Source: Steroidobacteraceae bacterium
GTDB lineage: Bacteria > Pseudomonadota > Gammaproteobacteria > Steroidobacterales > Steroidobacteraceae
Direction of reading: 5' to 3'
DNA length: 64,000 nucleotides
Assembly: GCA_036278795.1 (NCBI GenBank)
Contig: DASUKK010000017.1
Coordinates: 82,627-146,626, forward strand
The translations under genes were made by a program, and so were the position numbers. This document shows, one piece after another, positions 38,880-48,312 of the stretch; the stretch's first letter is position 1; each line of letters opens with the position of its first letter. A model generated the notes under the pieces. The model saw only the letters and a list, made by a program, of their open reading frames with translations, searched no databases and was not told where the DNA came from.

Positions 38880-40337
38880 GTGCCGCCCCTGACGCCCGCA
38901 CAAGCCCTCAGCGGCCTCGAGCGCATCCTCGGGGCACGAGGCATTCTGACGGCCGAAGGGCCGGGGTCATCGTCCGCTTCCCGGGCCGACCTCGAGCCCT
39001 ACCTGATCGACCAGCGCCGGCTCTATCGCGGGCGTGCCCTCGCCGTCGCCCTGCCTCGTGCGGTGACGGAAGTCACCGAGATTCTTGCCTTCTGCAATCG
39101 GCACGGCATCGGCGTCGTCCCGCAGGGCGGCAACACCGGCTACTGCGGTGGCGCGACGCCGGACGACTCCGGCCGGCAGATCGTGGTCTCGCTCTCACGT
39201 CTCAACCGCATCCGGCGCCTCGATGCGCTCAACTATTCGATGGTGGCCGAGGCGGGATGCGTGCTCGCGCAGATCCAACAGGCGGCGGACGAGGCACAAC
39301 GCTTCTTTCCCCTCAGCCTCGGCTCCCAGGGTACCTGTCAGCTCGGCGGCAATCTCGCCACCAACGCCGGCGGCGTGCATGTGCTGCGCTATGGAATGAT
39401 GCGCGACCTCGTGTTGGGCCTGGAGGTGGCCCTGGCCGACGGACGCCTGCTCTCCTCGCTGGGCACGCTGCGCAAGGACAACACCGGCTATGACGTCAAG
39501 TCCCTATTCCTCGGCGCGGAAGGCACGCTCGGCATCATCACCGCGGCGAGCCTGAAGCTCTACCCGAAACCGCACGCCTTCGCGGCGGCGTTCGCCGCCG
39601 TCGCCGATCCGCGCGCTGCCGTGACGCTGCTCGCCCGACTGCGCGACGCGAGCGGTGACCGCGTCAGCTCCTTCGAGCTGATTCCCCGGATCGCCGTCGA
39701 GCTCACCACCCGGCACATTCCCGGCGTTCGCGACCCGCTCGACGCTGCCCATGAATGGTATGTGCTCTGCGAGCTCACCTCTTCCCGCGGCGACGATCCG
39801 CTCGAGAGCCTGCTGGAGCAAGGCCTCACCGGCGCCATGGAGGAGGGGCTCGTGTTGGATGCGGCGGTGGCGCGCGGCGAGAGCGACCGCGCGGCCTTCT
39901 GGAAGCTGCGCGAGACCATTCCGGAGGCCCAGCGCCGCGACGGCGGCAGTCTCAAACACGACATCTCCGTGCCCGTCGCATCGATCCCCGACTTCATCGA
40001 ACAGGCCTCGGCTTGGATCGGCGGCAATGTGCCCGACGGCCGGTTGGTGGCCTACGGCCACGTCGGCGATGGCAATCTGCATTTCAATCTGAACCAGGCG
40101 CCGGGCGCCGATCGCACCGCATTCCTCGCCCGCGAGGAGCCGATCAAGCGCGCCATTCACGACCTGGTGCGGGATTTCGGCGGCAGCTTCAGCGCCGAGC
40201 ACGGCATCGGCCGGCTCAAAGTGGACGAGCTCGAGCGCTACGCGCCGCCCATCGAGTTGCAGCTCATGCGCGCGATCAAGCACGCACTCGATCCCAACGG
40301 CATTCTCAACCCGGGCAAGGTCCTGCGGAACCGTTGA
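38880..40337 (+). CDS. FAD-linked oxidase (GlcD / D-2-hydroxyacid dehydrogenase-like)
   Basis: 485 aa. FAD_binding_4 region (VVPQGGNTGYCGGA) and the C-terminal ...SAEHGIGRLK...KHALDPNGILNPGKV typical of the family. Confidence 0.8.
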   Translation: MPPLTPAQALSGLERILGARGILTAEGPGSSSASRADLEPYLIDQRRLYRGRALAVALPRAVTEVTEILAFCNRHGIGVVPQGGNTGYCGGATPDDSGRQIVVSLSRLNRIRRLDALNYSMVAEAGCVLAQIQQAADEAQRFFPLSLGSQGTCQLGGNLATNAGGVHVLRYGMMRDLVLGLEVALADGRLLSSLGTLRKDNTGYDVKSLFLGAEGTLGIITAASLKLYPKPHAFAAAFAAVADPRAAVTLLARLRDASGDRVSSFELIPRIAVELTTRHIPGVRDPLDAAHEWYVLCELTSSRGDDPLESLLEQGLTGAMEEGLVLDAAVARGESDRAAFWKLRETIPEAQRRDGGSLKHDISVPVASIPDFIEQASAWIGGNVPDGRLVAYGHVGDGNLHFNLNQAPGADRTAFLAREEPIKRAIHDLVRDFGGSFSAEHGIGRLKVDELERYAPPIELQLMRAIKHALDPNGILNPGKVLRNR

Positions 40338-40365
40338 AGCCGACTGCGGCGGCGCGTTGCCGCGC

Positions 40366-41235
40366 CTAGGTGGCCTTCTCCCGACGCAATCTCACCAGCC
40401 CTTCCTGCGCCGTGCTGGCGACCAGCCTGCCGTCCCGCGCGTACACGCCGGCCCGCGCGAACCCCCGCGCCCCCGAGGCGCTCGGGCTCTCCACCGCGTA
40501 GAGCAGCCAGTCGTCGACACGCAGCGACCGGTGAAACCACATCGCGTGGTCGATGCTGGCCATCACAACGGGATTACCGCGGATGACTGCCTCATGGGGC
40601 AGCGTTGCCGTGTCGAGCAGGAAGTAATCGGATAGGTACGCGAGAAGACGTCGATGCAGCCGTTCATCGGACGGTAGGCGGTCCACCGCCCGAAACCATA
40701 CCTGCCGCGAGGGTGGCGCACTCCGCGGCGCCACGTAGTCGAACGGCTGCACCAACCGGAATTCGAACGGCCGCGGCTTCTCGAGAAAGCGCCGCAGCCG
40801 CTCCGGCAGGCGCGCCAGCAGCTCCGGCGGCGGGCGGCTCGAGTCTGGCAGCTCCTCCGGCGGCGGCACTGCGGGCATGGCGAGCTGGTGCTCGAAGCCC
40901 TCCTCCGCCACCTGGAAGGACGCCGCCATGTTGAAAATCGGCTCGCCGTGCTGGATCGCGACCACGCGGCGGTTGGAGAAGCTGTGGCCGTCGAGGCTGC
41001 GGTCCACCTGATACACGATCGGCGCGTCGAAGTCGCCGCGGCGAAGGAAATACGCGTGCAGCGAATGCACTATACGATCTTCGACCGTCGCGGAGGCGGC
41101 CGTCAGCGCCTGGCCGAGCACCTGGCCGCCGAACACCTGCGGGCTGCCGATGTCACGGCTCGCGCCCCGGAAGAGATTCACCTCGAGGGGCTCGAGCTCC
41201 AGCAGCTTCAGCAGATCCGCCAGCTGTGCGTTCAG
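40366..41235 (-). CDS. tesB: Acyl-CoA thioesterase II
   Basis: It aligns along its whole length with E. coli TesB as I recall it (FRG....G..QVFGGQV.GQAL, GFEHQ, HSMWFHR, SASGARGF, ASTAQEG). There is no canonical start. A CTG at 41235 aligns with E. coli Met1 and overlaps the fnr stop. The track ORF to 42132 is an out-of-frame extension through fnr. Confidence 0.85.
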   Translation of the reverse strand: MNAQLADLLKLLELEPLEVNLFRGASRDIGSPQVFGGQVLGQALTAASATVEDRIVHSLHAYFLRRGDFDAPIVYQVDRSLDGHSFSNRRVVAIQHGEPIFNMAASFQVAEEGFEHQLAMPAVPPPEELPDSSRPPPELLARLPERLRRFLEKPRPFEFRLVQPFDYVAPRSAPPSRQVWFRAVDRLPSDERLHRRLLAYLSDYFLLDTATLPHEAVIRGNPVVMASIDHAMWFHRSLRVDDWLLYAVESPSASGARGFARAGVYARDGRLVASTAQEGLVRLRREKAT

Positions 41236-42287
41236 TCCGGTACTCCAAGCCGCTGATGCATGATCGGGCTCGTGGTGGTGTATTGCAGGAACTGCCGCTT
41301 CTGCGGATAGAGGTGGTGTTGGATGCCGAAGGCGGCGAGCGCCGCTTCGTGGAAGCCGGAGAGGATGAGTTTCTTCTTGCCGGGATAGGTGTTGATATCG
41401 CCCACGGCGAAGACTCCCGGGAGGCTCGTCTGGAACTTCTCGGTGTCGACCTTGAGGGCCTTCTTCTCGAGATCGAGCCCCCACTCGGCGATCGGCCCGA
41501 GCTTCGGATGCAGCCCGAAGAAGACGAGAACGTGATCCGCCTCGAGCGCGTGCACGGTGCCGTCGGGAGCCTTGATGTTGATACCGCCGAGCGCCCCGTC
41601 CGCGGTGATCAGCGAATGTGGCAGCGCCTCGAAGCAGCGCATGCGCCCGGCCGCGACCAGCTCCTTCATCCTGGCGACCGAGGCCGGGGCCGCACGAAAC
41701 TCCGCTCGCCGGTGCACCAATGTCACGCTCCTCGCGCGCGGTGTCAGCTCCAGCGTCCAATCGAGCGCCGAGTCGCCCCCGCCGAAGATGACCAGCCGCT
41801 TGCCCTCGAGCGCGCCGGCGTCCTTCACGCGATACAGGATGCTTCGGCCCTCGAAGGGCTCGACGCCCTCGATGCCGATTCGCCGGGCCTGAAAGGAGCC
41901 GACGCCGGCGGCGATCACCACCGCGCCCGCATCGAAGCGCGTACCCGCCGCGGTAGCGAGCGAGAATCGCCCATCCTCGCGCCGCGCGAATTCGACGACC
42001 TCCTGCCCGAGGTGAAACTGCGGGTTGAAGGGCTTGATCTGCTGCATCAGCCGGTCGACCAGCTCCTGTGCGCCGCAAACGGGCAGCGCCGGAATGTCGT
42101 AGATCGGCTTGTCGGGGTAGAGCTCCGTGCACTGTCCGCCGGGACCGGCCAGGGAGTCGATCACATGGGCGCTGATGCCAAGCAGGCCAAGCTCAAACAC
42201 CTGGAACAGCCCGCAGGGACCCGCACCGACGATGACCACTTCCGCTGCGATCGGCTCGCCGCCGGCTATCGAGGAATTCACGCTCAA
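41232..42287 (-). CDS. Thioredoxin-reductase-type ferredoxin-NADP+ reductase
   Basis: 351 aa. VVIVGAGPCGLF, GGQCTELYPDKPIYDIP and the second dinucleotide fold VIFGGGDSALDW are typical of YumC/TR-like FNR. Confidence 0.8.
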   Translation of the reverse strand: MSVNSSIAGGEPIAAEVVIVGAGPCGLFQVFELGLLGISAHVIDSLAGPGGQCTELYPDKPIYDIPALPVCGAQELVDRLMQQIKPFNPQFHLGQEVVEFARREDGRFSLATAAGTRFDAGAVVIAAGVGSFQARRIGIEGVEPFEGRSILYRVKDAGALEGKRLVIFGGGDSALDWTLELTPRARSVTLVHRRAEFRAAPASVARMKELVAAGRMRCFEALPHSLITADGALGGINIKAPDGTVHALEADHVLVFFGLHPKLGPIAEWGLDLEKKALKVDTEKFQTSLPGVFAVGDINTYPGKKKLILSGFHEAALAAFGIQHHLYPQKRQFLQYTTTSPIMHQRLGVPD

Positions 42288-42336
42288 TTCGGCCCCTTTC
42301 GGGTGATTAAGATAGCGCTACCACAGGGAGGCGCGA

Positions 42337-42636
42337 CTACGCGCGGCCGGCGTTCGCGTCGGTAGGGGTATGGAAGTACTCGCTCTCCGAGGCCAGTTGA
42401 TCGATCAGCCGCCTCAGCTCCGCCATGCGGCCCTCGGCCGTGCTGATCGGCATGCAGTCCTGGCAGCGCGGATCGCCGCAGGGCTGGCGGGAGTACAGCC
42501 AGTATTGCAGGGCGCCGGCGAGCAATCCGTCGGCGATGTCCCAGAGGTCGGCATCCCTGTCCTTGTCGGCCAGCCGGTTGCCCAGATCGACCGCCTTGGT
42601 GAAGGCAGAGTCGAATGTGTCAGCGATCTCGGTCAT
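42337..42636 (-). CDS. Small hypothetical protein with a C-x5-C-x2-C motif
   Basis: 99 aa, predicted helical, with motif CGDPRCQDC. It is the first gene of an apparent small-protein/fnr/tesB operon. I have no firm family assignment (possibly DUF3144-like). Confidence 0.45.
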   Translation of the reverse strand: MTEIADTFDSAFTKAVDLGNRLADKDRDADLWDIADGLLAGALQYWLYSRQPCGDPRCQDCMPISTAEGRMAELRRLIDQLASESEYFHTPTDANAGRA

Positions 42637-42756
42637 GCGCCCTGCTCTCGATCATGCAGCTAGTATAAGGCAATCCCCGCGTACGTTTGGCCGCCGGATT
42701 GGGCCGTCGGCCCCATCTGAGATGCCCGCCACGGACGCGCCGTAGGAAGCGGGCGC

Positions 42757-45366
42757 ATGATCGGATTAAGCTCGGGGGCAGCCTTGGCCGAATTCGGCCC
42801 GTACCCCGGCTTATGTCGCATGCAAAAGCCTGAGCACATACACCGGCGCCGTCTGCGGGCGCGATTCGGCATTGGCACTCGGTTGGTACTGGGCCTCACC
42901 GCCGTTGCGGCCGTGGTCATGGTCGCCCACGTGCTCGCAACACGTACCACCCGTGAGGCCGTGGAAGCCGTGCAGAGCATGCGCACCCGGCATGAGCCGC
43001 TGGCACACCGCGCGAGCGCCATTCTGGACAGGCTGAGCGCGTACGACGGCGCGGTCGATGACGCCCTTCAGTCCAACGACGGTGATTTTCGGACGCTCAG
43101 CGCGGCGGGCGATGCCCTGCAGAACGCGGTCGATCACTATTTCGACTCGGCAGTGGAGCTGACCCCGACCACCCGGCAGTTGCGCGACGACCTTCGGGCC
43201 CACATTCAGAACGGCCGCCGGCTGGCGTTGGATGCGGCGCAGCGCGCGCAGTGGCGCCAGCAGCATTGGGAGGCGCTCAATCGCGTTTACCAGCTCATCG
43301 CCACAGCCGGTGGCACCGGGCTCACCATTCACGGTCAGGTCATCGCCCGCCCCTCCCTCGCGGCCCTCGCGACCGCCATCGATGCCGTCCGCAACAGCTA
43401 TGGGTCGCCCGCGCAGGTCGCGGCGAGCGAACGCCATTTCGAGACAGTGCTCCGCACGCATGCGCAGGACCTCGCACACTCGCCGGGGCGGGCCTGGATG
43501 GAGGTAGTGCAGTCCGACTTCGGCCGCGCGGTTCGACTGCGGCGCGACGTGGAGCGTATCGACGCCCGCGACATGTCGGCGAGACGCGCGCTGCTGGAGC
43601 AGAGCAACGTCCTCACGTCGGGCGTGCAGAACGAGCTGCTGGCGCCCGCGCGGCGTGGGTTGTTGGACGCGGCTCATTATGCGGCGGTTTCGGCCGAGGC
43701 AGCCCAGCACACGGTGACCGTCTCCGGAATGGCGGTCCTCATCGTCATGGCGATCGTCTCGGCGCTACTGCTCGCCAGCATCAGCCTGCCCGTGCGCCGC
43801 CTCACGGCCGCGACACGCCTGCTGGCGAGTGGCGACCGCAGCGTGCGCGCCCCCAGGGGCGGCTCGGCGGAGATCGACGAGCTGGCCGAGTCGTTCAACA
43901 CCATGGCCGACCGCATTTCGCAGGCGGAGGCCGAGCTGCGCGCCCACCAGGCGGAGCTCGAACGGCACGTCGCGGAGCGCACCCAACAGCTGCATCATCT
44001 GGCTCACCATGACCCGCTGACGCAACTACCCAATCGGCGTCAGCTCGCAGGGCGCCTGGCGAGCGCGCTGGCGCGCGCGAGGCAGACCGGTCGGCGGGTG
44101 GCGCTGCTCTTCGTCGACATGGACAACTTCAAATCGCTGAACGACACGCTGGGTCACAACTACGGCGACCGCGTGCTGCAGGGCATCGCCGAACGGCTGC
44201 AGGCGGCGGCCGGCGCCAACAGTCTGGTTGCGCGGCTCGGCGGCGATGAGTTCACCCTCCTCATCGAGGAGCTGCGCACGGTGGGGGAAGTCGAGCACCG
44301 CGCCGCCGCGCTGGTCACGACGCTGCAGCAACCGCTCACGATCGAGGGCCGGGCGCTCGCCACCACGGCCAGCGTGGGCGCGAGCCTCTTTCCGGATCAC
44401 GCCGACGACCCGGACGGCCTGCTGCGCGCCGCGGACGTGGCCTTGTTCCGGGCCAAGGAGCTCGGCCGCAATCGGTTCGCGCTCTATCGCCCGGCGCTGT
44501 ACGACGCGGCTGCGCAGCGCTTCCGCCTGGAGCAGGCGCTCCGGCAGGCGGTCGAAGCCAACGAGCTGCTGCTCATGTTCCAGCCGGAGGTGACGCTCGG
44601 GGGCTGCGAAGTCGGCGCGCTCGAAGCGCTCCTGCGCTGGCGCAAGCCCGGCGGGCGGATCGCGACCGCCTCGGAATTCATCCACATCGCCGAGAAGAGC
44701 GGGCTCATCCATGAGCTGACAGGCTGGGTGCTTCGCTCCGCGACTTCCACGGCCGCCGCCTGGCGCGCCGCCGGCTGGCCGGAGGCCAGAGTCGCGATCA
44801 ACGTCTCACCGCCCCAGTTCTTCGAAAGCGACTTCGTCGGCCACATCGCCCGCACCCTGGAGAGCGCCGGCCTGCCGGCGAGCGCCCTCGAGCTCGAGTT
44901 GACCGAGACCGTACTGCAGACCGGCAGCGCGACCATCGATGCCCTGCGGCGCCTGCGCGAGCTCGGGGTCTCCATCGCCCTCGACGACTTCGGCATCGGC
45001 TACTCCTCCCTGACCTCACTCGAGCAGCTGCCGATCAATCGCGTGAAGCTCGATCGCATGCTCATCGAGGGCATCGACTCCAACCCGCGCTCCGCCGCCA
45101 TCGTGCGCTCGATCGTGACCCTTTGCCACGGCCTCGGCCTGCAGGTGGTCGCCGAGGGCGTCGAGCGTCCCACCCAGCTCGAATTCCTGACGCACTGCGG
45201 CGGCCCGATCGCCGTGCAGGGCTACCTCCTGGCCCACCCCGTGGAAGCCGCGGCCGCCCCCGACGAAGCCAAAGCCGCCGCCGAGCGCTGCCGCACGCTG
45301 CTGGCCGCCTCCTCGGCGCCGCCTCTGACCCTCATCGCTTCCCGCAAACGCCCCCTCCCCGCCTAG
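42757..45366 (+). CDS. Membrane sensor with HAMP, GGDEF and EAL domains (c-di-GMP turnover)
   Basis: Two TM segments flank a periplasmic region of about 280 aa. HAMP (PVRRLTAATRLL...FNTMADRI), GGDEF (RLGGDEFTLL) and EAL (GALEALLRW ... DDFGIGYSSL) domains follow. An AGGAAG Shine-Dalgarno precedes the ATG at 42757; an alternative ATG lies at 42820. Confidence 0.9.
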   Translation: MIGLSSGAALAEFGPYPGLCRMQKPEHIHRRRLRARFGIGTRLVLGLTAVAAVVMVAHVLATRTTREAVEAVQSMRTRHEPLAHRASAILDRLSAYDGAVDDALQSNDGDFRTLSAAGDALQNAVDHYFDSAVELTPTTRQLRDDLRAHIQNGRRLALDAAQRAQWRQQHWEALNRVYQLIATAGGTGLTIHGQVIARPSLAALATAIDAVRNSYGSPAQVAASERHFETVLRTHAQDLAHSPGRAWMEVVQSDFGRAVRLRRDVERIDARDMSARRALLEQSNVLTSGVQNELLAPARRGLLDAAHYAAVSAEAAQHTVTVSGMAVLIVMAIVSALLLASISLPVRRLTAATRLLASGDRSVRAPRGGSAEIDELAESFNTMADRISQAEAELRAHQAELERHVAERTQQLHHLAHHDPLTQLPNRRQLAGRLASALARARQTGRRVALLFVDMDNFKSLNDTLGHNYGDRVLQGIAERLQAAAGANSLVARLGGDEFTLLIEELRTVGEVEHRAAALVTTLQQPLTIEGRALATTASVGASLFPDHADDPDGLLRAADVALFRAKELGRNRFALYRPALYDAAAQRFRLEQALRQAVEANELLLMFQPEVTLGGCEVGALEALLRWRKPGGRIATASEFIHIAEKSGLIHELTGWVLRSATSTAAAWRAAGWPEARVAINVSPPQFFESDFVGHIARTLESAGLPASALELELTETVLQTGSATIDALRRLRELGVSIALDDFGIGYSSLTSLEQLPINRVKLDRMLIEGIDSNPRSAAIVRSIVTLCHGLGLQVVAEGVERPTQLEFLTHCGGPIAVQGYLLAHPVEAAAAPDEAKAAAERCRTLLAASSAPPLTLIASRKRPLPA

Positions 45367-46367
45367 CGGAAAGCATCCCGGGCGCGCACGGCCACGTCCG
45401 GGTTATCAGCAAAAAGCCCGTCCACACCCGCCGCCAGAAACTCGCGCAACTCCCCCTCCAGATCCAGCCCCGCCGGCAGAAACTCCCTCTCCGCCCGGAA
45501 CGTCCATGGATGCACGCCCAACCCCGCCGCATGGCAATCAGCCACCAGCGATGTCGGCCGCATCAATCTCCCCTCTCCATCCCGCGGAATGACGAGCGAC
45601 TTCGCCGGCCCGATGCATGAGGCATAACCGGCGATCTCCTCCAGCCCCTTCGGTGTCACGAGATCCGAGTACGTGCGCGCATCGCCGCCTTCCACCAGAT
45701 CATACGGCGCTCCCCCCGCCTCGATGAGTTGCACCAGCGGCAGGCGCGTGAGGCGGCGCAATAGCTTGAGATTGCCGGTCTCGAACGACTGCAGGTAGGC
45801 GGCTCCGTCGGGACCCCGATAGCCATGTCGCTCCAGCGCCGCGACCAGCCGCTCCTCCATCGCCAGGCCGACACCGGCGAAATAACTCGGATGCTTGGTC
45901 TCCGGATACACTCCGATCGGCCGCGGCGGCGGAAGTCCGAGCTCGCGCGCACGCGCGCGCCGCTGCTCGTCCACGCCGCGCGCCAGCCCGAGGATCTCCT
46001 CCAACGTTGGAATCTCGAGGCTGCCGTCGAGGCGGGCGTTGGCCGGGCGCACTTGCGGGATGCGCTCACGCGCCCGCAGCGTCTTCAACTCCTCCAGCAG
46101 GAAATCCTCCGTGAACCAACCTGTGATGCCTACCCCGTCGATCACCTTGGTCGTGCGTCTCTCGGCGAATTCCCTGCGGCTCGCGACGTCCGTAGTGCCG
46201 CCGATCTCGTTTTCGTGCCGGGCCACCATGACGCCGTCGCGCGTCATGACGAGATCCGGCTCGATGTAGTCGGCGCCCTGCGCGATGGCGGTGAAATACG
46301 AGACCAGAGTATGCTCCGGCGCATACCCGCTCGCGCCGCGGTGCGCTATGACTAAAGGTTGCGGCAT
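45363..46367 (-). CDS. Glycerophosphodiester phosphodiesterase (GDPD family, no signal peptide)
   Basis: [27 protein letters not shown] and the family length of 334 aa. It overlaps the GGDEF-EAL stop by 4 nt (convergent). Confidence 0.85.
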   Translation of the reverse strand: MPQPLVIAHRGASGYAPEHTLVSYFTAIAQGADYIEPDLVMTRDGVMVARHENEIGGTTDVASRREFAERRTTKVIDGVGITGWFTEDFLLEELKTLRARERIPQVRPANARLDGSLEIPTLEEILGLARGVDEQRRARARELGLPPPRPIGVYPETKHPSYFAGVGLAMEERLVAALERHGYRGPDGAAYLQSFETGNLKLLRRLTRLPLVQLIEAGGAPYDLVEGGDARTYSDLVTPKGLEEIAGYASCIGPAKSLVIPRDGEGRLMRPTSLVADCHAAGLGVHPWTFRAEREFLPAGLDLEGELREFLAAGVDGLFADNPDVAVRARDAFR

Positions 46368-46396
46368 TCAGGTATGGTAATTGCTACACTCGCCAA

Positions 46397-48292
46397 GTGC
46401 TGCTCACCGACCACGACATTTATCTCTTCCGCGAAGGCACGCACGTGCGCGCCTACGAGAAGCTGGGGGCACACGCGCTGCCGCGCAGCCCCGATCGGGA
46501 GCAGGGAACGGAATTCGCTCTCTGGGCCCCGAACGCCGCCAGCGCGTCGGTGGTCGGCGATTTCAACGGTTGGAATCCCGCGACCCATCCGCTGACTGCC
46601 CGCTCCGACTCCTCCGGCATCTGGGAAGGCTTCGTGCCCGGTGTGCGGCCGGGCGCGCTCTACAAGTATCACATAGTCTCCCGACAAGCGGGATACACCG
46701 TCGACAAGGCTGATCCATTCGCCTTCTACTGCGAGACGCCGCCGCGGACGGCGTCCGTGGTGTGGGATCTGTCGTATGAGTGGGGCGACGACCAGTGGAT
46801 GGGCGCCCGTGGCCGGGCCAACGCGCACGACGCCCCGTGGTCCATCTACGAGCTGCATCTGGGCTCCTGGCGGCGCGTTCCCGAAGAGCACGACCGCTGG
46901 ATGACCTACCGGGAGCTGGCGCACGCCGTCGGCGACTACGCGGTGGAAATGGGCTTCACGCACGTGGAGCTGCTGCCCATCATGGAGCATCCCTTCTACG
47001 GATCATGGGGTTATCAGGTCACCGGTTACTTCGCGCCGACCTCCCGCTACGGCACACCCCAGGACTTCATGTACTTCGTGGATCACCTGCACCGGCGGGG
47101 GATCGGCGTCATCCTCGATTGGGTGCCCTCGCACTTTCCCAGCGACGAGCACGGGCTCGCCTACTTCGACGGCACCCACCTCTACGAGCACGCCGATCCG
47201 CGCCAGGGCTTCCATCCGGAGTGGAGCAGCGCGATCTTCAATTACGGCCGGGCGGAGGTGCGCAACTTCCTGGCGAGCAGCGCGCTCTTCTGGCTCGACA
47301 CCTATCACATCGACGCCCTGCGCGTGGACGCGGTCGCCTCCATGCTCTATCTCGACTACGGCCGGCGCGCCGGCGAGTGGATCCCGAACCGCTTCGGCGG
47401 CAACGAGAACCTGCAGGCCGTGGAGTTCCTCAAGCAGTTGAATCTCGCCGTCTACCGCGACCATCACGACACGCAGACCATCGCCGAAGAGTCCACCGCC
47501 TGGCCGATGGTCTCTCGCCCCACTTACCTCGGCGGCCTCGGATTCGGCCTGAAATGGAACATGGGCTGGATGCACGACACTCTGAAGTACCTGCAGACCA
47601 ATCCGGTTTTCCGCAAGTACCAGCAGAACCAGCTCACCTTCAGCATCTGGTACGCCTTCAGCGAGAACTTCGTGCTGCCCCTTTCCCACGACGAGGTCGT
47701 GCACGGCAAGGGCTCGCTCATCGGCAAGATGCCGGGCGATGAGTGGCAGCAGTTCGCCTCGCTGCGGCTGCTCTACGGTTACATGTGGAGCCATCCCGGC
47801 AAGAAGCTCCTCTTCATGGGCGGGGAGTTCGGCCAGAGACGCGAGTGGCAGCACGACGAGAGCCTGCAATGGCATGTCCTGCAGTACCCGCTGCACGAGG
47901 GTGTTCGCCGCTGGATGCGGGACCTCAACCGCGTCTATCGCGAAACTCCGGCTCTCTACCAGCGCGATTTCACCGCGGACGGTTTTCAGTGGATCGACTG
48001 CAACAACGCCGATCAAAGCATCATCGTCTATCTGCGCAAAGGGCAGCGCGCTGAGGACGTGGCTCTGGTCGCCTGCAACTTCACGCCCGTGCCGCGCGAC
48101 AATTATCGCATCGGTGTGCCTCGCGGCGGCTGGTGGCGCGAGCGCCTGAACAGCGACGCAACGGAATACGGCGGCAGCGGGATCGGCAACTTCGGTGCCG
48201 TGGAAGCATCGCCTTTGTCATCGCATGGGATGACACACTCCCTGGCACTGCACCTGCCGCCTCTCGCCGCACTCGTCCTGACGCCCGACTGA
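46397..48292 (+). CDS. glgB: 1,4-alpha-glucan branching enzyme (short form)
   Basis: 631 aa with a GTG start. GH13_9 motifs [28 protein letters not shown] and [12 protein letters not shown] are present. Confidence 0.9.
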   Translation: MLLTDHDIYLFREGTHVRAYEKLGAHALPRSPDREQGTEFALWAPNAASASVVGDFNGWNPATHPLTARSDSSGIWEGFVPGVRPGALYKYHIVSRQAGYTVDKADPFAFYCETPPRTASVVWDLSYEWGDDQWMGARGRANAHDAPWSIYELHLGSWRRVPEEHDRWMTYRELAHAVGDYAVEMGFTHVELLPIMEHPFYGSWGYQVTGYFAPTSRYGTPQDFMYFVDHLHRRGIGVILDWVPSHFPSDEHGLAYFDGTHLYEHADPRQGFHPEWSSAIFNYGRAEVRNFLASSALFWLDTYHIDALRVDAVASMLYLDYGRRAGEWIPNRFGGNENLQAVEFLKQLNLAVYRDHHDTQTIAEESTAWPMVSRPTYLGGLGFGLKWNMGWMHDTLKYLQTNPVFRKYQQNQLTFSIWYAFSENFVLPLSHDEVVHGKGSLIGKMPGDEWQQFASLRLLYGYMWSHPGKKLLFMGGEFGQRREWQHDESLQWHVLQYPLHEGVRRWMRDLNRVYRETPALYQRDFTADGFQWIDCNNADQSIIVYLRKGQRAEDVALVACNFTPVPRDNYRIGVPRGGWWRERLNSDATEYGGSGIGNFGAVEASPLSSHGMTHSLALHLPPLAALVLTPD

Positions 48293-48312
48293 CGGCACGC
48301 GTAGGGAGGCTG

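Noticed and set aside
40351-40366. Small GC hairpin (ggcgcg ttgc cgcgcc) between the convergent FAD-oxidase and tesB genes as a bidirectional terminator
   Set aside because: The stem is only 6 bp, there are no flanking A or T tracts, and it overlaps the tesB stop. The evidence is too weak to call.
41236-42132. 299-aa N-terminal extension of the tesB ORF
   Set aside because: It runs out of frame through the well-supported fnr gene, and its translation is low-complexity and Arg/Gly-rich. TesB homology begins exactly at 41235.
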